Shown here in pieces: positions 1 through 8,364 of a DNA stretch of 64,000 nucleotides. Both the position numbers and the translations under genes were made by a program. Each line of letters opens with the position of its first letter. Within the stretch, counting starts at the first letter, position 1. The notes beneath the pieces are model-generated. The model saw only the letters and a program-made list of their open reading frames with translations, was not told the origin of the DNA and searched no databases. Source of the stretch: Flectonema sp. DT1601 (lineage: Eukaryota); assembly GCA_964019425.1 (NCBI GenBank), contig OZ025793.1:248001-312000 (forward strand), read 5' to 3'.

Positions 1-1663
1 CTCCAACTGAGCGAATTGTTGAACTGAACATCTTCCTCACCTGCAGTCCTCGAAATACCTTTTGAATAGCAACGCAGGCTGATGCTCTCTGAAGCAATTT
101 ACTTGAAACTAATTTCCGTGCAATCATGCAACGAGTTGCTTTCTGAATTATAACACACGCGGATTGTTGATTACTTTGCGTTAGCTTTCTGTTAGCAATT
201 GATTTGAGAGTGATCATACTCCGTGTTGCTTTTTGAATTTTAATACAAGCTGCGATTCTCTTATTTTTATAAAGCATTAATCTGACTGATCGTTGTAATA
301 TTCTAACAGATCGGAGGGATTGAAGTGTCTTTACTCTTTTACGAGATAGGAATCCCCGAATGTGTTTTTGAATTCGCACAGCCATCATTTCTCTTTTACT
401 TTGCAACAGCAACGCAGCTTCCAAACGCTTCGTTTTTTCAACTGCTTCTGTCCTGAAAGCTCTCTGTATGACTATAGCAGCATCACTTCTCACAGTTGCT
501 GTGTGTGAGAGGTGTTTACGAACCGCTCTCTGGATTGTAATGGATGCAGAAACACGTTTGTTGGATTTCAAAAGTTTTCTGATTGCTTTTTGAATGATGA
601 CAGCAGCGTTAGTCGTGACGGTCGTCTGAGACCTATTTTCCCGATTCAAATGATTCTTAACGGCTCCCATAATTAGAAGACTCGCTGATCGTCTTCTTTT
701 TAATGTCGACTGATGTTGTTTTCTACTAAGAAATCCTCTGATGGTACTCTGGATTAGAATTCTGGCAGCAATTCTCTTTTTAATGCAACGAGCTATTCTA
801 ACTCTGAATGACGCCGTTTTAATAAATGACAATATTGTGTTGTAGGAACTGATTAGGTTATCATGGTGCATTCTCCACCATCTCTGAAGGGTTATTACAG
901 ATTTCTGTTTTTTCTGATTGTGAAGGAGAGAAAGGTGTGAACGCATTACCTTCTGAATAATCATAGCAGCATTAGTCCTCATTATTAAATCATGATGAAT
1001 TCTCTTAGCGAGGACACCTCTTCGAAGTGTCTGGAGACGGATTACGTGAGTCAGTTTGTTCACAAAACGTTTTGCTAAAAAACTGCGAGCATGTTTTTGA
1101 ATTTGAATTGCACAGCGTGATTCTTGAAGTAGCTTTGAAGTCACTTTACGACATTTTGACCCTCTTCGAATTGCCTGCATACGAATAACAGTCGGCTCGA
1201 CAGATGGATTTGAGATCTTTTCCTCAGAGCCGTTGATAGTTTCAGAAGCATACTTTCTACGATACAGTTCTATAGATATAATAAATGAACTAATAATTAA
1301 ACCACCCACTGCTTGCATAATCCACTGTGTTAAAGGATTACTTGCTGGTTGTGCTGGTGACTTAATTTCCTCATTCAAGTTAGACCCAGTCTCTGATACG
1401 TTTTCAACAACTTCACTGATGACTTTCTCTGTGAAGGTTCTTAACCATTTCTTTATTGTGTGTCTTTGACTGATTTTCATTTCGAATTCATCTCTCATTA
1501 ACTCATCGAGTTCAGTTTCCGTAAATTGCATAACATCATTGAGGGTAAGCCCTGTGTCTTCTAATCGAGTATTAAACCCGTCAGTTACGTCACATCCAAC
1601 AGTTGAATTTATCATCCCTAAGATACCAACTAACAATATTAACATCCATCTGACTGACCACAT
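1..1663 (-). CDS. Predicted type I membrane protein: signal peptide, SAM-like helical segment, TM helix and many IQ calmodulin-binding motifs; runs off the window at its 3' end
   Basis: Absent from the ORF track because it has no stop in the window. ATG at 1663 reads MWSVRWMLILLVGILGMINSTVG... then LTLNDVMQFTETELDELMRDEFEMKISQRHTIKKWL. TM is WIMQAVGGLIISSFIISIELY followed by RRK. Repeated IQxxxRGxxxR motifs follow, e.g. IQKVFRGLQVRK near position 60. Confidence 0.85.
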   Translation of the reverse strand, partial: MWSVRWMLILLVGILGMINSTVGCDVTDGFNTRLEDTGLTLNDVMQFTETELDELMRDEFEMKISQRHTIKKWLRTFTEKVISEVVENVSETGSNLNEEIKSPAQPASNPLTQWIMQAVGGLIISSFIISIELYRRKYASETINGSEEKISNPSVEPTVIRMQAIRRGSKCRKVTSKLLQESRCAIQIQKHARSFLAKRFVNKLTHVIRLQTLRRGVLAKRIHHDLIMRTNAAMIIQKVMRSHLSLLHNQKKQKSVITLQRWWRMHHDNLISSYNTILSFIKTASFRVRIARCIKKRIAARILIQSTIRGFLSRKQHQSTLKRRRSASLLIMGAVKNHLNRENRSQTTVTTNAAVIIQKAIRKLLKSNKRVSASITIQRAVRKHLSHTATVRSDAAIVIQRAFRTEAVEKTKRLEAALLLQSKREMMAVRIQKHIRGFLSRKRVKTLQSLRSVRILQRSVRLMLYKNKRIAACIKIQKATRSMITLKSIANRKLTQSNQQSACVIIQKATRCMIARKLVSSKLLQRASACVAIQKVFRGLQVRKMFSSTIRSVG

Positions 1664-1966
1664 CTTTAACAATTACAGTCAGAGCAGCAGGAAAAACTGA
1701 TTAGGGGGTGAAGTTAATTTTTTTCAAAAAAACAAAAAAGAACAAACAAACAACTATTTTTAGCTTTCAGTCAACACTTTTTTTTTTTTTTTTTTTTTTT
1801 TAAAAGTTAAGCGTAACGTGTTGGTAGTAGTATGTAATTATCTCGAGTACGGGGGGGGAGTCGGAGGGGAGGGAGGGAGCAGTGACGTAAGGAATAGAAA
1901 GATGTTACAACGCCTTGTGTAGTAATTCTCCTTACGAACTCAATAAGATGAGATGTGGAAGTCTAC

Positions 1967-3262
1967 TCACATAATTCCTCTCTTATCAGAATTCACTTCT
2001 CTGACACGAGAACCAGGATGGTCTTCTGGATTCGACGATACAATAGCAGTAGAGATGCTTTCTTTCCATTCATCAAGCATATCATCAGTATCAAACCATA
2101 AGTATGTATTCGTAATGAAAGGACCACTTACAAGGATGATTCTCTCCTCACTTTTAACAGAAGTCACAACAACTTCTCTCAGTGGGATTATTTCAAGATC
2201 ATTAACAGCAGCCCTATCAGTTCTAATACTCATCCAAGAAGAGTGAAGTGTTATCCATCTCCGTTTCCAGTTTGTACCATAAAAGAAATTTGACAAGTCT
2301 CCTGAACGTTGAATCAGATAACCCTGAGCCTTTGGTTTATGGTGTAATTCAGGCTGTACGCCGGGTTCGAACAGGGGAACAAGTTGTCTTTTGTGATGAT
2401 TTATAAGCTTCGTTTCACAATTTTCTAAAACTTGACGCTCCGGTGACTTTTTAGAACGTTCTATAGCGGCGTGCAATTGCTGCAGCCACACTTCGTATTC
2501 GTATGAACATTCCAGTTGGAATAAAAGTTTGTAGTCAAATTCATCATTGACCACTTCTATCGTCTTCTCTGATTCTTTTTCTACTATTTTTGAGAATTGA
2601 AGTTTCTTTACAGTCCAATCATCACTATTTACAGAAGGTCCGTGATAAAACGACGTGTCTATTAGCATTGCCCATCTCTTTGTTCTAGATCGTCCCATCC
2701 AACCTGATGGATAAAGCCATATCCATCCGCTGTATATCATTTTTTCAGTATTAGTAGAGAGGTTCCATGATGCATGAACACGTTTTGATAGTGCGAATTG
2801 TGGTTCACCTTTAGTGTCGTGAAATGGTCTGAGGTCGTCGGGTGATATTTTATCCCAGACTTCATTGTGTCCGAGTTCTACTGAAAACAGACCACCACCA
2901 CTACCGCTTACTATCTTCCCTTTCACCCATGTTAATCCATTTAAACTGTAACACTTCACTTCAACTATCTGACCTAAGGAGTAGGTAACTCTTTTAGGTG
3001 CAGGTTTCCTTTCGTGTTTCTCAACCACTTGAACTCTTTTTGCTACATGATCAATCGTGTTCATCATTTTTAATGCCATGTCTGGACTTTGATCTTGCAA
3101 CCTCTTCGCAGCCTCTTCGATTACATTCATCAGCATTTCGACATCTTGTGCTTCAATTGTTACAGGTATCGGTTCCCTTGTTATCTCACTTGTCGCTGCG
3201 ACAGATGGACTGGTAATAGATTCGACTTCTTCATTATTCTTGTATTCGATGTCAATGTCCAT
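1967..3262 (-). CDS. Protein with a Tudor/Agenet-like segment and two PH domains
   Basis: 431-aa ORF. YSLGQIVEVK..TWVKGKI is Tudor/Agenet-like. PH signatures are SGWIW..RTKRWAML..EYEVWLQQL and QGYL..NWKRRWITL..DEWKESI. Confidence 0.8.
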   Translation of the reverse strand: MDIDIEYKNNEEVESITSPSVAATSEITREPIPVTIEAQDVEMLMNVIEEAAKRLQDQSPDMALKMMNTIDHVAKRVQVVEKHERKPAPKRVTYSLGQIVEVKCYSLNGLTWVKGKIVSGSGGGLFSVELGHNEVWDKISPDDLRPFHDTKGEPQFALSKRVHASWNLSTNTEKMIYSGWIWLYPSGWMGRSRTKRWAMLIDTSFYHGPSVNSDDWTVKKLQFSKIVEKESEKTIEVVNDEFDYKLLFQLECSYEYEVWLQQLHAAIERSKKSPERQVLENCETKLINHHKRQLVPLFEPGVQPELHHKPKAQGYLIQRSGDLSNFFYGTNWKRRWITLHSSWMSIRTDRAAVNDLEIIPLREVVVTSVKSEERIILVSGPFITNTYLWFDTDDMLDEWKESISTAIVSSNPEDHPGSRVREVNSDKRGIM

Positions 3263-3343
3263 TTTAGTTTATTGAGTGGTTACTTTTAATAAAAGATATG
3301 TTTTTTATATATTTCTAACGATATTTCAATGAAAGTGATCTCC

Positions 3344-4786
3344 TCAAGACTTTGGAAACAGATCATCTACGGAAAATAATTTCTGATCATCAAATTCAAG
3401 TGAAGATATAAAAGGAATCTTTAGAGCAGCTTCACAAATAGTTTTACTGCAAAAAAGTTTAGATATTTCTTCAGGCCACGAATCCTCCGTACTAATAATC
3501 TCCTTCCAGGAAACTGAAGGACTCAGAGCTGTAGTGGATAAGATTACAACTGCCGCTGTCACAATAGGCAAACAAGATTGACGATTTTTAAACTTCTTAC
3601 GAGTGGCTGTAGATGCTGCCGCCACTTTTACAATTTCCCTCCCAGAGCTGCTTACGGATGACTCAGTATTTATAGATTGCGAACAGAGAGCTACATTATC
3701 AGGTGTGCAGTAGCTATGCTGTGGGAGTCGCGAGCTCACATTCTGAGCGAAATAAGAAGGCAACAAGTGTACTAACTCACAACTATTCCACTCATCACAC
3801 CACACATCAGTGCACAACATAGCCGGACCGTCTCCAGGAAGCAATCCCACTGTATTCAATAAAAACTTTTTGTTAACCATCTCCACTATACCTCTACTCG
3901 ATACCTTTTTGAATCCAGAAAGCGGTAATTTCTGATTCACAATTTTAGCATTGTCAGAAAGTAACGAAACCGGGAATCGAACTTGTTCGGCAGAATGGAC
4001 AAAGCAACAAATTACATCACACTGCTCCCTCTTGGGGCAGTAGTAGGAGGCACAGGCAGCTCTGGTTACGTCGACGTCGGGATGGACGAATGGACAGTTT
4101 CCCCAAAAAGCACATCTCCCGCTCAGGTAAAAACTATAACAAATATGCAACTCCGAAATCCCCGTCGACAGACTGTACTTTAAAAGTTTTGTCGGATAAA
4201 ATAATGAATTGTGAGGAACCAGACAACTCTTTTTGGAACGAGTTCCAGGGATGAAAATGCGCCTATCAGACACCGTACTTGCTCGGGACTCATATCCAGG
4301 AGGGGGGGTTAGCTCTAAGATATTATGCATATGCGTGCATGAAACTCCTTTCGAACATTCTCTCAGCTGTACACCTGTAATCGGATCTATTGATCTACAT
4401 AAGAAAGTTGAAGCAGCAGCACCTATTGAAGCATACAATTCTTTTGTAATATGGGAAAAGTCATATACTGGAGAGTCTGTAAAGGGTTGTGGTGGTACAA
4501 CTTGTTGATACATTCCTTCTCTGAGTTTTATTAATTCTTTTTTAACATTTTCATCTGGAAGTGTATTTATTACTTCAGATATTAACGGGCTTTGGGTATA
4601 CTCTCCCAGCATTGATGACAGTTGTTGCTCGAACTCGAAGCATCTTTCTTGAAGTTTTTCAGGATTTTCTTGACAATTTTTTAAAAATATTTTTGCTGTC
4701 CTTCTAAATTCCATATACAATTCATATCCCAGATCATCGGTGAGATGCCGCGTCAATTGCTCAGAACGATCAACCAATTCTGACAT
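3344..4786 (-). CDS. CCCH zinc-finger protein, probably RNA-binding
   Basis: 480-aa ORF with CYSFYLSGRCAFWGNCPFVH and further degenerate C-C-C-H clusters. Confidence 0.75.
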   Translation of the reverse strand: MSELVDRSEQLTRHLTDDLGYELYMEFRRTAKIFLKNCQENPEKLQERCFEFEQQLSSMLGEYTQSPLISEVINTLPDENVKKELIKLREGMYQQVVPPQPFTDSPVYDFSHITKELYASIGAAASTFLCRSIDPITGVQLRECSKGVSCTHMHNILELTPPPGYESRASTVSDRRIFIPGTRSKKSCLVPHNSLFYPTKLLKYSLSTGISELHICYSFYLSGRCAFWGNCPFVHPDVDVTRAACASYYCPKREQCDVICCFVHSAEQVRFPVSLLSDNAKIVNQKLPLSGFKKVSSRGIVEMVNKKFLLNTVGLLPGDGPAMLCTDVWCDEWNSCELVHLLPSYFAQNVSSRLPQHSYCTPDNVALCSQSINTESSVSSSGREIVKVAAASTATRKKFKNRQSCLPIVTAAVVILSTTALSPSVSWKEIISTEDSWPEEISKLFCSKTICEAALKIPFISSLEFDDQKLFSVDDLFPKS

Positions 4787-4948
4787 GTGAGTGCTGGGTG
4801 AAGAATAAACTATATTTGAGATACAGGTGTCTTACAGCACCCAGTTTCAAAAAGACCAAACTAAACTAATAAAAGTGTAAGCAAATAAAGGCAACTCGAT
4901 CGATGTGTAACAAAACTCAATAGACGAGATCTTCTCAGTCAGGTGGTT

Positions 4949-5131
4949 CTATCTTCTTCTAATTACTCTTTTTTGCATTTTGCTAACTCTCCTGGCAACT
5001 TCATCTCTCAAAGCAGTCTGAACTACATCCTGCATTACAGAGTCGATCTGTCGACCCAGTTTACTATTTGGGTCGAGTGCTGTTTTCGTAAAATTTTGCA
5101 GCGGCTGAGCAGATGACGAAACGAGTTTCAT
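4949..5131 (-). CDS. Small hypothetical protein, 60 aa
   Basis: ATG ORF on the gene-bearing strand, preceded by a pyrimidine-rich ...ctccacAG acceptor-like site. Composition is helical and basic. Confidence 0.5.
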   Translation of the reverse strand: MKLVSSSAQPLQNFTKTALDPNSKLGRQIDSVMQDVVQTALRDEVARRVSKMQKRVIRRR

Positions 5132-5295
5132 ATCATAGCTGTGGAGATATTAAAAGTGATTTAAATACCTCACTACGCACAAACATAGTCACAGTCAACC
5201 CGACGCGTGCAGGTTGTGTGTTGGTAAGTAAAGAAAATAAATAACGAATTACAATACAATTATCATCTTTTAAACTAAAAGACAAGCTAACGATG

Positions 5296-6069
5296 TTATA
5301 CTTGATCAGTCCAAGCTCGTTGGATATTTGTCAATATTTTGTTAGACTTTTCAGGAGTAGGAAGTGGAGTAGAACCATGGACCATATCACTCCATCGTTT
5401 ACTACCGAATCGGATGGGTCTACTGTCAGAGGTAGCTATTGGGATTACAACGAAAGAATCAGTATCGTGTGCTCCGGGAATAGCAACAGCTGGACGGTCT
5501 GTTTCTGTTGATGAGATTCGAGTGGGCGACTGAGGTACGAAATCCGAACCTCCAGGGACTGGATTTTTATAATGTTCAGAGTCCAGCAATCCATACCAAC
5601 GAGCTGCAGGTGACAATGCTGGAATTGGATCAACTTTATACCTCTCAAGGACTTCCTTCAAACGATCTACTCGTTGATACGGAGCAGTACTAGATTGTAG
5701 GTTTGTCATGTATTTCTTAAAAAGATTTTTATTTGGTGTTTCGATACTATTTAATACGTCTCCCATGTCAGTGTTGTACTCTTTGCTGAGGTTCTTTCTA
5801 CCTTCGAAATATTTCTTATCGACTCTTCCTTGATAAGAGATGTTATCTTTTTGTTTAGATGATTGGATCGTCTCATCAGTTTTGAATTCACTTAGTAGTA
5901 CACTGACGTCTGGTATGACGATCTCCCTTCCATGAATAGTACCTTTCGCAAGTGATATCCCGGAGTGTTTTTTTTTCTTTACAGAAACTTCAATTGGATT
6001 GCTGCACTCTTTTGCTAATTTCACACGGAGTTTAAGAAGTTTATCGTGTCTCTCATCATCTGAGAGCAT
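5296..6069 (-). CDS. Hypothetical protein, 257 aa
   Basis: Long ATG ORF co-oriented with its neighbours; no domain recognised. Confidence 0.75.
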   Translation of the reverse strand: MLSDDERHDKLLKLRVKLAKECSNPIEVSVKKKKHSGISLAKGTIHGREIVIPDVSVLLSEFKTDETIQSSKQKDNISYQGRVDKKYFEGRKNLSKEYNTDMGDVLNSIETPNKNLFKKYMTNLQSSTAPYQRVDRLKEVLERYKVDPIPALSPAARWYGLLDSEHYKNPVPGGSDFVPQSPTRISSTETDRPAVAIPGAHDTDSFVVIPIATSDSRPIRFGSKRWSDMVHGSTPLPTPEKSNKILTNIQRAWTDQV

Positions 6070-6706
6070 TTTGGTGAATACCTGTTGTGAAGAATTTAAT
6101 AATAAACTAATTGACGTCCATCACTATGAAAGTATCCCTTTCTCAACTCTTCCAAGAATTCGATGTAATTATATTGCTAACAATTGTGAAAAACTTACAA
6201 AAAACAATAATATTTTGATGTTTTTTTTTTTTTTTTAAAAAACCTCTCCTTGTTTTCGTCTCATTTTTCTTATTTTGTTAATAGGCGGAAGCGTAGAGGC
6301 CACGTGAACATAGTTAAGAAACTATTTTGCCTAAACAGCCTTTCTTTTATATAAAAACTCATTAGTATTTTAAGTATGGTTAAAGTGAAAAATCTAAATA
6401 CATTCTGAACATCGATACAATAAAGTGCTAAAACCTAATTAGCGTTTTTCCATTTTACATTTTCTACTTTTTTTTTTTTTTTTTTTTCGATTTTTTTTTT
6501 TTTTTTTCAAAAAAAGAAAAAGCTGGGAGGGATAAAAAAAAAAAAATAAAGGACAACATGAAACATAAAACAACAAAAGAAAAGTAACATGGGGAAGAGT
6601 AACAGTAATAAAAGGGATTTAGCTTTTTTTTTTTTTTTTTTGCAAATTTAAAAAATAAAAAATAAAAGGGTACAGTTTAGCAGACAATTCCTGTTAATCA
6701 CTCCCT

Positions 6707-8080
6707 CTAACCACCAGACGTGTCAGTTACAAAAGCAGGATTTCCGTATGTAAGAATTGTGGAATCAGACGGTGATGGCTTTGCCTGAGGTCTACTTCCA
6801 CCAACTAAGGCGAGAAGACCAGGTGGTGGCTGACGTGTTTCTTTAGTATCGATCTGCTGATGAGGGTCTGCTCTATCAATTGCCATATGATCTGTTTGTC
6901 TGACCGGAGGAGTAACATCAGAAATCATTACTGAAGTAGGGTCATGATGTTCTTGTACAGCAACAGGTGTTTGTTGAACATTCTTCTGTGATGGTGTCTT
7001 AGCTAACCCTCCAGGTCTCCAAGCTGGAGAAGCGCTCTTCTGATGAAAGTCTGTATGTTGAATGGCAGGGGTGGTGGCAGCAGCTGAGGCAGCAGCCTGT
7101 CCTTTTTTCTTCATCATCCATGTCTTCCAGGCATCAGAGTCTTTTGAATCTTTCTTACGAAGACCAGATGGTGAATTAGTTCTGACGACAGCTGGTGATG
7201 CAGTTCTAGCATTTCTAACTGCAGCACCAGGACTGTTAGTTCTCGCAGCGTGTACACGAAGTCGTTGAATTTCACTTTTTGCTTGAGTGATAACAGCTAC
7301 AAGTTTTTCAATGCAAACCTTTCCATCATCTCTTTGAGCATCCATATCAATAGTTGATAAGATTGCTTCTAATTCTTGATCTTGAGTGCTACGAGTACCT
7401 CCAACTCTTGTTAATATTTGTTTATATTGTTTAGCTTTACCTGCTTGTTCGTCTTCGAGTTTCTTTTTAGAAGAAACTTGTTTGTCAATCGTTAGCCTCA
7501 TCTCGGCAATCATTTTATCTTTTTTTTTTAACTTTTCAACAGCTCCTCGATACGCTTCTTCTGCACCTTCAGCGCTTTTGTTTGAAATTGTTAGCTTCTC
7601 AATAGTTTGTTGCATGTCGTGTATTTTCTTATCACGTTCCGAAATGGCAGCAGCTTGTTTTGCTTGTTTTTCACGTAGCCTAATGAGGTTAGCTTCGTGT
7701 CTGTGTTGGACTGCCATCACTACGGTTGTTGCTTCATCTTGCTTTTTCTTTAACGCGTCGTTCTCAGACTCCAGAACTGAATTGTGTAATCTCAGCCCGT
7801 CGATATCTAATGTGGGTGGAGGTGTATTGATGACTGGTTCATGTTGATGAGGATGAGCTTCTTTAGTAGATGAATAGCTCAACTTCATTGGAATCCGGTC
7901 TCGTTGTTGGCTTCCAATCCTTCCAAGATCTCCACTGTAAAAGTCTTCAGGTTGTTTTGACTGTGTTCTGGCTTGTCTTGCTGCTGCGATTCTCATTTCA
8001 ATTGCCTGTTCTGCTGTTACTTGTCCTTCCATTGAAGACAGTTCTGCTGCTTCACTTCCGAGAGATTCCTGGTCATCCAT
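6707..8080 (-). CDS. Coiled-coil protein with low-complexity Ser/Pro-rich C-terminus
   Basis: ORF 6707..8197; the likely true start is MDDQES at 8080. Long E/K/Q-rich heptad region and repeated RT(N/A)SP motifs. Confidence 0.8.
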   Translation of the reverse strand: MDDQESLGSEAAELSSMEGQVTAEQAIEMRIAAARQARTQSKQPEDFYSGDLGRIGSQQRDRIPMKLSYSSTKEAHPHQHEPVINTPPPTLDIDGLRLHNSVLESENDALKKKQDEATTVVMAVQHRHEANLIRLREKQAKQAAAISERDKKIHDMQQTIEKLTISNKSAEGAEEAYRGAVEKLKKKDKMIAEMRLTIDKQVSSKKKLEDEQAGKAKQYKQILTRVGGTRSTQDQELEAILSTIDMDAQRDDGKVCIEKLVAVITQAKSEIQRLRVHAARTNSPGAAVRNARTASPAVVRTNSPSGLRKKDSKDSDAWKTWMMKKKGQAAASAAATTPAIQHTDFHQKSASPAWRPGGLAKTPSQKNVQQTPVAVQEHHDPTSVMISDVTPPVRQTDHMAIDRADPHQQIDTKETRQPPPGLLALVGGSRPQAKPSPSDSTILTYGNPAFVTDTSGG

Positions 8081-8364
8081 TGTTAGTATTCTCTTTTTAG
8101 AAATAATTATTATAAAGAATTCGATTATAAATATATTCATGCATAGTTTTAACATAAGGGTAGCTACCCCCCACGACAACTCCAACATTGGTACCAACAG
8201 CTGCTATAAAATAGCAGGTAGATAAAGTCATTTGGTGAAAAAAAAGATATCACCTTTTATCAAGTCTGTCTGACTTTTGTAGCTTGGAGCACAACTTCAG
8301 TGACTTGTTTTACACTGAAAATTTACAAATTCTCAAAAAATCACTATTTTTAACTTGTTCAGAG

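Noticed and set aside
5140..5169. 30-nt GT-AG intron extending the 60-aa ORF or joining it to 5296..6069
   Set aside because: The tested joins give in-frame stops, and the donors lack the GTATG consensus.
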